Of a stretch of 64,000 nucleotides of DNA, positions 1 to 7,776 are shown in pieces. Positions within the stretch are counted from its first letter, which is position 1, and every line of letters starts with the position of its first letter. Location of the stretch: positions 14,071-78,070 of the forward strand of contig JBBRNV010000005.1 of assembly GCA_038230075.1 (NCBI GenBank), written 5' to 3'. The translations under genes were made by a program, and so were the position numbers. The notes beneath the pieces were generated by a model that did no database searches, was not told the origin of the DNA, and saw only the letters and a list, made by a program, of their open reading frames with translations. The DNA comes from Minisyncoccia bacterium (lineage in GTDB: Bacteria; Patescibacteriota; Minisyncoccia; Phycocordibacterales; CALRBL01).

Positions 1-199
1 GCACCGCGAGCTCAAGCGGATTTTTCTTTTCTTTTTTCGCAAGCGAAAGTGCAACACTTGAGGCATAGTCTCCTTGTGCTCGGTTCGAAGGATGTTCAAG
101 ATGTATCTCTGATTTCTTCCCTTCAGCATTTTCAAAAGAAATACCAAGCGCACCAACTGCAGATGTAATAGAGTTTCGTATAATTTCAGCAATATTCAT
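1..199 (-). CDS. argS: Arginine--tRNA ligase, N-terminal fragment (gene continues beyond window start)
   Basis: Minus-strand translation from ATG at ~199 gives MNIAEIIRNSITSAVGALGISFENAEGKKSEIHLEHPSNRAQGDYASSVALSLAKKEKKNPLELA. The QGDYAS...LAKK pattern matches the ArgRS N-terminal domain. Not in the ORF track because it is truncated at the window edge. Confidence 0.55.
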   Translation of the reverse strand, partial: MNIAEIIRNSITSAVGALGISFENAEGKKSEIHLEHPSNRAQGDYASSVALSLAKKEKKNPLELAV

Positions 200-287
200 G
201 CCGTTACTGTATCAAAATAGGCAGGAACACGAAAGCCCGTCGCGAATTGCACGACGGGCTCATTTCATTAAAAGACTTTATGGCGAT

Positions 288-539
288 TTAATCGACCATT
301 GGGGTCACAAGCATTTGCTTGGGAAGACTTGGATCGGGTGTAAGACAAGGAACTTCGGACATATCCTCACCTTCGATCTCCATCGAGGCGCGAATACCGT
401 TTTGAAGTGCCGCACTCACCTGAAGCGACAAGTTACGATGACCAATAATAAAAGAGAAGCCTTCTTCTCCACACGGGCCAGTGCCTAAGGTGACGAGATA
501 CTGTCCTTCTTTCTTTTTAACAGGGATTGGCATGAACAA
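288..539 (-). CDS. Hypothetical protein (83 aa) upstream of argS
   Basis: ORF only; no recognisable motif. Competes with the overlapping + ORF 198..488, which overlaps the argS start. Confidence 0.3.
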   Translation of the reverse strand: MFMPIPVKKKEGQYLVTLGTGPCGEEGFSFIIGHRNLSLQVSAALQNGIRASMEIEGEDMSEVPCLTPDPSLPKQMLVTPMVD

Positions 540-637
540 TGGGAGTTTGGGTGTGCGGAAACCGTGCTCGGAAACCTAACACAACACTATCACAAGAGTG
601 TCAAACAGACAATTGAGTTTAAAAATAGTGAAAAGTG

Positions 638-682
638 ATAAAAACAAAACTCGGCCCCGCACCTTGTGGTGCGAAGGCCGGT
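638..682 (-). terminator. Rho-independent terminator downstream of tmk
   Basis: GC-rich hairpin cggccccgcacc-ttgt-ggtgcgaaggccg, followed on the minus strand by a gagttttgttttt U-run. Confidence 0.45.
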
Positions 683-702
683 TCGTGGGAGTCTGGCGGA
701 AC

Positions 703-1395
703 TTAGTTGAGCTTTGAAGCAACGAGGCTGTACACTTCCTGATGAATCTCTTCAATGAGTCGAGGCTGATTGTCACGATCACATGTAATAATTGGCCAAT
801 TATATTTACGCGCAACGTAATGATAAGCATCGAATGCTCGAAGAAGATGCGGAAGGTTTTCTTCGAGAAGGTCTCTACCTTTTCCTCCTGCGATTGCAAC
901 TTTGGTTTCAGCTTTCTTGCTGTCGACAAGCTGCTGACCAATGTCGGGTCGCATAGAGAGAAGAATAGTGACGTCAGGTCGAGGGATTCCCATGATTCCA
1001 AACTCGAGCTCATCAAGCCACGCAAGAAATTCATCTCGTTTGTCTTCAGAAACTTGAGCAGTCTGGTGACCCATGTTTGCAGATGCATATCTGTTGGCCA
1101 CAACATGGATTCCTTGACTGAGCCAGTTCCGAATTTCAAACGACGCCTCATACCGATCAAGAGCATAAAAGATGGAAGCACGTCTCGAATTAACTGATTC
1201 AAGATTGCCGTACTCACCTTTCAAATACCTTCGAACAAAGTATGAAGAATCTTCTCCATATCGAGGAAAATCTGCTGTCTTAACCTGGTGCCCTTCACTA
1301 ACGAGCCGTTTGATCAAAAGATCAACTTGAGTTCCTTTTCCAGACCCATCTGTCCCATCAATGACGATTAATTTACCTGGGAGTGGTGTGTTCAT
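703..1395 (-). CDS. tmk: Thymidylate kinase
   Basis: LIVIDGTDGSGKGTQ P-loop and DRY motif (YALDRYEAS); 230 aa, typical Tmk length and motifs. Confidence 0.95.
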   Translation of the reverse strand: MNTPLPGKLIVIDGTDGSGKGTQVDLLIKRLVSEGHQVKTADFPRYGEDSSYFVRRYLKGEYGNLESVNSRRASIFYALDRYEASFEIRNWLSQGIHVVANRYASANMGHQTAQVSEDKRDEFLAWLDELEFGIMGIPRPDVTILLSMRPDIGQQLVDSKKAETKVAIAGGKGRDLLEENLPHLLRAFDAYHYVARKYNWPIITCDRDNQPRLIEEIHQEVYSLVASKLN

Positions 1396-1407
1396 AAGCC
1401 TCGAGTA

Positions 1408-2676
1408 CTATATCAGTTTTCGTAATGTTTCGTCTATTCGGTTGGCAATTTTTCGGAAATCAGCTTCTTTTTTGCCACGAGTGGTTTCTGCGGCAGTTCC
1501 TAATCGAATTCCTGATGGATCAACTGGTGAGCGAGTTTCTCCAGGAATAGTATTTTTGTTCACAATGATTCCAACAGCTTCTAATGCATCACTCGCATTC
1601 TTTCCAGGAACTCCTCCAACTTTTATCTGATCGTTTTTCTTTGTCTTACTATTTTTTCGAGATACGATCTTTCCTCCATTCATCCATGTATCAACCAAAA
1701 CCATATGACTATCAGTTCCTCCAGAAATAATATGCCAGCCGAGCTTTTTTAATTCATCAGCAAGTGCGAGTGCATTTTTTAAAATTTGTTTTGCATATGT
1801 TTTAAATGCAGGCTGTGCTGCTTCTTGAAGCGCAACAGCAACGGCTGCAATTTGATTCATATGTGGCCCTCCTTGAAGACCCGGAAACACTGTTCGATCA
1901 ATTTTCTTTGGAAATTCTCGCTCATCAACTTTTGAAAAAATGAGAGCAGAGCGTGGACCACGAAGTGTTTTATGAGTGGTAGTTGTTACAATGTCTGCAT
2001 ATTGAAACGGTGCAGGATATGCTTTTCCAGCAACAAGCCCAGCAATGTGTGACATATCTACCATGAGAATTGCTCCACACGCGTCGGCGATTTCTCGAAA
2101 CTTTTTCCAATCTACTTTTCGAGGATATGCGGTGAATCCTGCGACAATAATATTCGGTCGTTCAGTGAAAGCCTGCTTCTTTAATTTGTCATAGTTAATA
2201 GTGTGCGTAACTGGATCAACTCCGAACGCAACTTGTTTCCAGAACTTTCCTGTGGCCGATGCTTTATGACCATGTGTTAAATGTCCTCCATGATCGAGTG
2301 ACATTCCCATAATTTTTCCCGCTTCGATTTTATTTCCTTCTTTATCAGTATGAGCATATGGAATAAGCGCTGCGTACACCGAAAAATTTGCGGGTGAACC
2401 CGAAAGAGTCTGAACATTAACTGCCCACTTACTTGGAGAAAGACCAAATAATTTTAGCGCTCGCTTTTGAGCAAGTAATTCAACTTCATCAACAACGATG
2501 TTTCCGCCATAGTATCGCTTCCCCGCATATCCTTCTGCATACTTATTGGTTAATTCTGTTCCAAGTGTATCGAGCACATCTTGTGATACATAGTTTTCAG
2601 AGGCGATGAGGTTAATAACTTTTTTCTGTCGAATTTGCTCATTCTTAATCAGTTTTTCTATTTCTTTGTCTTTCAT
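1408..2676 (-). CDS. glyA: Serine hydroxymethyltransferase
   Basis: 422 aa; TNKYAEGYAGKRYYGG and HKTLRGPR (PLP-lysine region) motifs are diagnostic of SHMT. Confidence 0.97.
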   Translation of the reverse strand: MKDKEIEKLIKNEQIRQKKVINLIASENYVSQDVLDTLGTELTNKYAEGYAGKRYYGGNIVVDEVELLAQKRALKLFGLSPSKWAVNVQTLSGSPANFSVYAALIPYAHTDKEGNKIEAGKIMGMSLDHGGHLTHGHKASATGKFWKQVAFGVDPVTHTINYDKLKKQAFTERPNIIVAGFTAYPRKVDWKKFREIADACGAILMVDMSHIAGLVAGKAYPAPFQYADIVTTTTHKTLRGPRSALIFSKVDEREFPKKIDRTVFPGLQGGPHMNQIAAVAVALQEAAQPAFKTYAKQILKNALALADELKKLGWHIISGGTDSHMVLVDTWMNGGKIVSRKNSKTKKNDQIKVGGVPGKNASDALEAVGIIVNKNTIPGETRSPVDPSGIRLGTAAETTRGKKEADFRKIANRIDETLRKLI

Positions 2677-2756
2677 GGGGTGTGGTTAAATGTAATAAAA
2701 ATAATAAAGAGTCAGTGGTAATCTTTTTATTTTTATATCGTTAGATCATAGTATTT

Positions 2757-3281
2757 TTAAATGCTGTCAGCTAAAAACTGCTTTCCTAAAATGTGCGATT
2801 TCGATGAAGGATTGAAAAGTAGTTCACTTCCTTCTAATAGATAGACGTCTTTGATTCCTCCTTTAATCATAGCATTCCAACAAGATTCGCAACACCACCA
2901 ATGACCCCAATGATAAAGGTCGGCACCTTGGGTATCGAATCCATTCTTTTGTGCATCTACTACTCCTCGAGGCTCAGAGTGGTTGGCATAACTGGCACAC
3001 CCTGGGCAAAGCCAATATTTTGTTCCAGATGCGACCTTAAAGAACTTACGAACACACCATCCTTCTTGATGAAGCTTTCGAAGAGTGGGGTTCTTTAGGG
3101 GGGCTTGGCTGGCTCCTCGACCAATCACCTTACCGTCTTTAACCAACACAACACTTGTTGGTTGCATAGTCTCACTTGAGAGCTTTCCTACCTCTCTCGC
3201 TTCATGCATAAACGGGTTATCAAGCGTCACGTAGATGAACTTTCTTCCTTCTGGTAGATAGGGGTACTTAATTTGTGTCAT
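2757..3281 (-). CDS. dCMP/cytidine deaminase-family zinc enzyme (ComEB/Tad-like)
   Basis: HSE...CESC arrangement (H-x-E then C-x-x-C) characteristic of the CDA fold zinc site; 174 aa; location inside the dTMP-synthesis cluster. Confidence 0.7.
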   Translation of the reverse strand: MTQIKYPYLPEGRKFIYVTLDNPFMHEAREVGKLSSETMQPTSVVLVKDGKVIGRGASQAPLKNPTLRKLHQEGWCVRKFFKVASGTKYWLCPGCASYANHSEPRGVVDAQKNGFDTQGADLYHWGHWWCCESCWNAMIKGGIKDVYLLEGSELLFNPSSKSHILGKQFLADSI

Positions 3282-3317
3282 AGTAAGTAACTTGTTTGCA
3301 TGCTATCACGCGCATAC

Positions 3318-3323
3318 TATAAT
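3318..3323 (+). promoter_or_regulatory. Candidate -10 box (tataat) for thyA-family gene in divergent intergenic region
   Basis: tataat lies 9 nt upstream of the ATG at 3333; the divergent partner gene starts at 3281. Confidence 0.3.
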
Positions 3324-3332
3324 GTTAATAAT

Positions 3333-4169
3333 ATGAATACATTCGACCACATCTATCAGGAGATGCTCAAGAAGATTATGGCAGAAGGTATTCGCGAAAT
3401 GAGCGAAAGAACCGGCCTTGAAACTGCTGCAATTCCTGGGATGACATTTTCATATGATCCAATTAAAGATGGCTTCCCTCTTCTCACGCTTCGAAAAATT
3501 CCTGTGAAAGTTTTTATCGCAGAGCAAGCATGGTTTATTTTAGGATGCAGAAAGCCTGAAGATTTTTTACGAGACTACACAAAAATTTGGGATGTATTCA
3601 CTAATCCAAACGATGTAGTTACTGTTGCGTACGGATACCGATGGCGAAAACATTTCGGACGAGATCAGCTCGCTCTTTTAATTGAACTTCTAGAAAAAGA
3701 ACCGAGCTCTCGACATGGAGTTGTTGTTGCATGGGATCCAGCACAAGACGGTCTTTCACTTCAGAAAAAGAAAAATGTTCCTTGTCCCTATACCTTTACT
3801 GTAAATATTATTGGTGGAAAGTTACATATGCATAATGTGGTTCGATCAAATGATATGGTTTTAGGATTCCCTCACGATGTCGCAGGCTTTTGTCTTCTTC
3901 AATATATTTTGGCTCAACGACTACACGTTGGAGTTGGGATTTACACTCACACCATTTCAAATGCTCATATTTATAGTAATCACTACGAAGGGGCACAAGA
4001 AATGATTAAACGAGAAAATAGTCATAAACCAATCACTCTTACCCTTCCTGAAAAAACATTTGAACGAATTGAGGCTCGAGAGATTCCAGTCATTGAAGAA
4101 ATCATGGCACAAGTTGCAGGTCAATATCAGCCACAAGCAGCCATTCCTAATTTAAAAATAGCCATTTAA
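3333..4169 (+). CDS. thyA: Thymidylate synthase (ThyA) family pyrimidine C5-methylase, with Asn to Asp at the base-specificity position
   Basis: Collinear with ThyA: FPLLTLRK, YGYRWR, RHGVVVAWDP, catalytic PC(P) and HIYSNH. Likely start is the internal M (MNTFDHIYQEML), not the ORF-track start at 3300. Segment RSNDMVLGFPHDVAGF aligns to E. coli RSCDVFLGLPFNIASY (sequence recalled from memory). Confidence 0.85.
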   Translation: MNTFDHIYQEMLKKIMAEGIREMSERTGLETAAIPGMTFSYDPIKDGFPLLTLRKIPVKVFIAEQAWFILGCRKPEDFLRDYTKIWDVFTNPNDVVTVAYGYRWRKHFGRDQLALLIELLEKEPSSRHGVVVAWDPAQDGLSLQKKKNVPCPYTFTVNIIGGKLHMHNVVRSNDMVLGFPHDVAGFCLLQYILAQRLHVGVGIYTHTISNAHIYSNHYEGAQEMIKRENSHKPITLTLPEKTFERIEAREIPVIEEIMAQVAGQYQPQAAIPNLKIAI

Positions 4170-4173
4170 TATC

Positions 4174-4821
4174 ATGTCAATTCTTACCAAGAAAAATTTA
4201 CTTGAACGATTAGCAAGTGGAAATGTCACCTTTAAACCACAACTCGATACATTTCAAATTCAGTCGCACGCAATCGACCTTCGTCTTGGTTTTACATTTC
4301 TTATTCCAAAAATGTGGCAGATAACAAAACATGGTCGTGAGGCTTTGAATATTGATCATTTTGATAAAAATCGACCACCATATTTTGAAACTGTTGAGCT
4401 TGAACAAGGACAACATTTTGATCTTCTTCCGGGAGAATATGTACTTGTATCAACACTCGAATCAATGAAAGTTCCTAATGACTTAATGGCAATTCTTTTC
4501 CCCCGATCTTCAACCAATCGAAAAGGGTTATCTGTTGATCTTACAGGAATTGTTGATTCAGGATATGAAGGGCAACTGGCTATCCCCGTTCGAAACAACA
4601 CAGCGCATCAAACAGTGCGACTTTATCCAGGTGAAAGATTCTGCCAAGTTGTATTTGAAAAACTAGATGAAGAAATTGATGTTGAACACAGTCGCTACCA
4701 TCGAAAAGATATTATCGACGGTTTTGTACGAAATAAAAAAGCGACCCCAGATGATGAAAAAGAAATTGAGCTTTTGTTACAAGGTGATATCAAGGCGCTG
4801 AAAGAACAATTTAAAATCTAG
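4174..4821 (+). CDS. dcd: dCTP deaminase / dUTPase-fold enzyme (Dcd-like)
   Basis: PRSSTNRKGL...GIVDSGYEGQLAIPV matches the Dcd/dUTPase beta-jelly-roll signature; the start lies 4 nt after thyA. Confidence 0.75.
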   Translation: MSILTKKNLLERLASGNVTFKPQLDTFQIQSHAIDLRLGFTFLIPKMWQITKHGREALNIDHFDKNRPPYFETVELEQGQHFDLLPGEYVLVSTLESMKVPNDLMAILFPRSSTNRKGLSVDLTGIVDSGYEGQLAIPVRNNTAHQTVRLYPGERFCQVVFEKLDEEIDVEHSRYHRKDIIDGFVRNKKATPDDEKEIELLLQGDIKALKEQFKI

Positions 4822-4827
4822 TTTCAC

Positions 4828-5316
4828 ATGATCAATCTCATAGCAGCTATTCAAAAAAGTGATCGAGGTCTCGGATATAAAAACGAACTTTTATACAGAG
4901 TATCTGACGACTTAAAACGATTCAAAGAAATGACAACGGGTCACCCAATCATCATGGGACGAAAAACATTTGAATCAATCGGACGGGCACTTCCTAATCG
5001 TACGAACATCGTGATCACTTCACAAAAAATTGATGTTCCCGGAATTATCACTGTTCTATCTGATCAAGAAGCTTTTAATATTGCAAAGAAATCTGAAGGA
5101 TCTAATCAAATATTTATTATAGGAGGTGCACGAGTATATGAGGCATTCATGACAGTTGCCGATCAACTTTTTATAACAATTATTGAAGGAAATAAAACTG
5201 CTGATGTATTTTTTCCTACATTTGAACAAGACTTCAAAGAAATATCACGAGAAAAGCACGTAGACGCAAACACTTCGACTCCTTATTCATACGTTACCTT
5301 AGTTAAGAACTCTTAA
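4828..5316 (+). CDS. folA: Dihydrofolate reductase
   Basis: MINLIAAIQKSDRGLGYKNELLY...RFKEMTTGHPIIMGRKTFESIG; classic DHFR N-terminus and GRKT motif; 162 aa. Confidence 0.9.
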   Translation: MINLIAAIQKSDRGLGYKNELLYRVSDDLKRFKEMTTGHPIIMGRKTFESIGRALPNRTNIVITSQKIDVPGIITVLSDQEAFNIAKKSEGSNQIFIIGGARVYEAFMTVADQLFITIIEGNKTADVFFPTFEQDFKEISREKHVDANTSTPYSYVTLVKNS

Positions 5317-5409
5317 ATCAACAGGAAAGATGTGGTTGAAAAGGACACAAAATTGAGTTAGTCTTGCCGTAGGTTTCGAGCAATTCCGCTCGTATGTACC
5401 CCCATTTCA

Positions 5410-6231
5410 ATGAACGACTACTCTGCAGCAAGAATTCTCGCAGCAACCCAAGAACTTGATGCGGCAGCCCTCGCAGGACCAGCACCAATGACCCGTCAAA
5501 TTCCTCAAGAGCCAAAGATGACTATCTTCGCACAACAAAATGCGTGGACGCTCCTCGACCAAACGGGATCCCTCGTTCTGCATTGGAAAGGTCATCGCGA
5601 AAAAAATCCAAACGTCAGACAAGTCTCGGTCACTGACCACATGATCAGTTCTTCGTTTATTGTCACGCAAGTCATCTTGCAACTACGTACGCTTTTCCAA
5701 GCGAACAAAGTAACACATTACGTCGACTGGTTTCGTTTGATGATGGCTTGGCAAATTCACGACCTGGCCGAAATTATCTTGAAAGGCGACGTGGATTATG
5801 CCCGAAAGAATGTCGAGCGCGACGCGGTAGAGTTTACCGCCTTCGTACCTTGGCTTCGAAAGGCCTGTATTCATGAGACAGTGATCGAACAATTCGAAGA
5901 AGCTTTTCTGCTACAGTTCGCGCTCAAACAGGAACACTTCTCTTCGTTTAACGCTCGGGGACGACAAATCCTCAGTCGACTTAACGAAGAAAGTATCTTG
6001 GAGGCAACGATCTTTTCGGCAGCCGAGGCACTTGAATGCTTCTTCTACGCTCTCGAATGTTTGCGAATCCACCACGTGAAGGGTCCTCTTTACCAAGTAG
6101 CCAAGGATCAACAGCCGAGGCTCGAGGTTTTTTCGAAGACCATCCCCCACTTCGACACCGTGTGGACACCAAAACTTAATGATTGGGCCAAAGAAGTTGC
6201 TGCAATCGGTGTGGCACAACCCCAAACATGA
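5410..6231 (+). CDS. HD-domain phosphohydrolase, YfbR-like 5'-deoxynucleotidase candidate
   Basis: H...HD pair (VTDHMISS; WQIHDLAEIILKGDV, which resembles the YfbR LHDxxEVxTGD motif). The gene is visibly more GC-rich (~50%) than its neighbours. Confidence 0.5.
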   Translation: MNDYSAARILAATQELDAAALAGPAPMTRQIPQEPKMTIFAQQNAWTLLDQTGSLVLHWKGHREKNPNVRQVSVTDHMISSSFIVTQVILQLRTLFQANKVTHYVDWFRLMMAWQIHDLAEIILKGDVDYARKNVERDAVEFTAFVPWLRKACIHETVIEQFEEAFLLQFALKQEHFSSFNARGRQILSRLNEESILEATIFSAAEALECFFYALECLRIHHVKGPLYQVAKDQQPRLEVFSKTIPHFDTVWTPKLNDWAKEVAAIGVAQPQT

Positions 6232-6313
6232 CTGTTAGGATCCAAAAGAAACAAAGGCGTCGTCGCTCTCACCGAGCCTCGGCGTCCTTTCTTTTTTCAA
6301 CCACAAGCGTGAT

Positions 6314-6404
6314 TTAAATAATAAATACAAAAAGAGTTTCTTCAACGTCCTCACCCTTACGGGCTGCGAATGTTTCAGAAACTCTTTTTGTATTTATTAT
6401 TTAA
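6314..6404. repeat. Perfect 28-bp inverted repeat (hairpin) with 35-nt loop overlapping the rplK stop codon
   Basis: ttaaataataaatacaaaaagagtttct at 6314-6341 is the exact reverse complement of 6377-6404. The loop contains a small cccttacggg hairpin. No U-tract on either side. Confidence 0.8.
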
Positions 6405-6822
6405 CCACATCAACACCCATTGATCGACACGTACCTCGAATCATTTGCATTGCAGCTTCAAGAGAGGTTGCATTCATTTCAGCAATCTTCTTTTCTGCAA
6501 TTTCTTTGACCTGAGCTTCAGTGATTTTTCCAATTTTCTTTGCACCAGTTGTACCTGATCCTTTTTCAAGACCAGCTGCTTTCAAAATCATTTGAGAAGC
6601 GGGGGCAGTCTTAAGAATGAAATCAAATGTTCGGTCATCAAATACTGACATAAGTACCGGAACAATTTCTCCCATTCGATCTCGTGTTGCATCGTTAAAC
6701 CGCTTTACGAAATCACCAATGTTAACACCAGCGGGACCAAGCGCAGTACCAACAGGAGGAGCTGGAGTAGCCTTTCCACCTGGAATTTGGAGCTTAATTA
6801 CTTTTGTGACTTTCTTTGCCAT
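6397..6822 (-). CDS. rplK: 50S ribosomal protein L11
   Basis: MAKKVTKVIKLQIPGGKATPAPPVGTALGPAGVNI matches the L11 N-terminus; 141 aa. Confidence 0.97.
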   Translation of the reverse strand: MAKKVTKVIKLQIPGGKATPAPPVGTALGPAGVNIGDFVKRFNDATRDRMGEIVPVLMSVFDDRTFDFILKTAPASQMILKAAGLEKGSGTTGAKKIGKITEAQVKEIAEKKIAEMNATSLEAAMQMIRGTCRSMGVDVVK

Positions 6823-6924
6823 ATAAATTTCTTAATTATTACGAATTGAAGCGCGTAACAGTTTTGTTAAAATACCTTAAAATGCAGATTTTTGCAATAA
6901 AAAGCTTGAAAAATGGCTTACTTA

Positions 6925-7470
6925 CTAGATTTTCTTGATCTGCAAAAAATCAAGTTCAACAGGAGTCTCTCGTCCGAACATTGAAACTAACACTTTCACC
7001 TTTCCTCGATCTGTATCAACTTCACTCACCTTTCCTTCAAGATCTTTGAATGGTCCGTCAGCAATAATGATTGCATCACCTGGAACAAGGTCGATAGTAT
7101 GCTTCACTGTTTCTGAACCCATTCGTCGGAAGAGTTCTTCGACTTCTTTTTTGTCTAATGGAACTGGTGTTACTCCTGATCCAACGAATCCTGTAACACG
7201 AGGAGTATTTCGAACGACATACCATGAGTCGTCAGTTACCACCATGTCTACAAGAATGTATCCGGGATAAATTTTTTCTTCTTCTTCTACTCTCTTCCCT
7301 GCTTTGATTTTAATTTTCTTTTCAGTTGGAACGATAACATTGAAAATTCGATCTTCCATTCCAAGAGATTCGATTCGCTGTTTTAAATTTCGAAGTACAG
7401 CGTTTTCATAGCCGGCATACGTGTGAATGGCGTACCAATTTCGATCTGCAATTTGTTGCTTTTGTGACAT
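6925..7470 (-). CDS. nusG: Transcription termination/antitermination factor NusG
   Basis: NWYAIHTYAGYENAV N-terminal NGN domain and C-terminal KOW (VKVLVSMFGRETPVELDF); conserved position between secE and rplK. Confidence 0.95.
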   Translation of the reverse strand: MSQKQQIADRNWYAIHTYAGYENAVLRNLKQRIESLGMEDRIFNVIVPTEKKIKIKAGKRVEEEEKIYPGYILVDMVVTDDSWYVVRNTPRVTGFVGSGVTPVPLDKKEVEELFRRMGSETVKHTIDLVPGDAIIIADGPFKDLEGKVSEVDTDRGKVKVLVSMFGRETPVELDFLQIKKI

Positions 7471-7502
7471 ATAGAACGATTAAGTAAGTGAATAAAGAAC
7501 TG

Positions 7503-7682
7503 TTATGAAATAATCTTTTTGATACCAATTGAGAATAGATAGTCGAAAAGTCCGAGGAATAATGAGACTCCAACACATACGATAATAATAATAAGTGTAT
7601 AGAAAATAGCCTGCTGACGTGTTGGCCAGTTAACATGCTTCATCTCAGCTTGTGTGTCTTTAAAATATTGAATAAGTCCCAT
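7503..7682 (-). CDS. secE: Preprotein translocase subunit SecE (59 aa; missed by the >=60 aa ORF track)
   Basis: Manual minus-strand translation: MGLIQYFKDTQAEMKHVNWPTRQQAIFYTLIIIIVCVGVSLFLGLFDYLFSIGIKKIIS. Canonical SecE start, single TM helix, and conserved secE-nusG synteny. The track's 7406..7636 ORF is in a different frame. Confidence 0.7.
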   Translation of the reverse strand: MGLIQYFKDTQAEMKHVNWPTRQQAIFYTLIIIIVCVGVSLFLGLFDYLFSIGIKKIIS

Positions 7683-7699
7683 GGTATGTAATTAAGTCT

Positions 7700-7728
7700 A
7701 TAGTAAAAAACCCCTCGGAGGGGCATTT
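7700..7728 (-). terminator. Rho-independent terminator after the giant surface-protein gene
   Basis: cccctcggagggg hairpin (7711-7723) flanked by an A-run on the plus strand, giving a U-run on the minus-strand transcript. Confidence 0.55.
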
Positions 7729-7776
7729 GTATAGTACGCTTTGATTATCGCACTGTCAAATAAGCCCTTGTTTGTA

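Noticed and set aside
198-488. Plus-strand 96-aa ORF at the window start
   Set aside because: Overlaps the argS N-terminal coding region (minus strand, recognisable ArgRS motifs) and the minus-strand 83-aa ORF; no motifs of its own.
576-1217. 213-aa minus-strand ORF
   Set aside because: Alternative frame overlapping tmk (703-1395), whose translation carries the unambiguous thymidylate kinase P-loop; also spans the terminator hairpin.
5407-6225. Several minus-strand ORFs (5407..5682, 5683..5892, 5911..6225, 5981..6172) antisense to the HD-domain gene
   Set aside because: Typical spurious antisense ORFs in a GC-rich stretch; the + strand frame carries the HD motifs.
7406-7636. 76-aa minus ORF from the track upstream of nusG
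   Set aside because: Wrong frame; the same region in another frame encodes a textbook 59-aa SecE that fell under the track's length cutoff.
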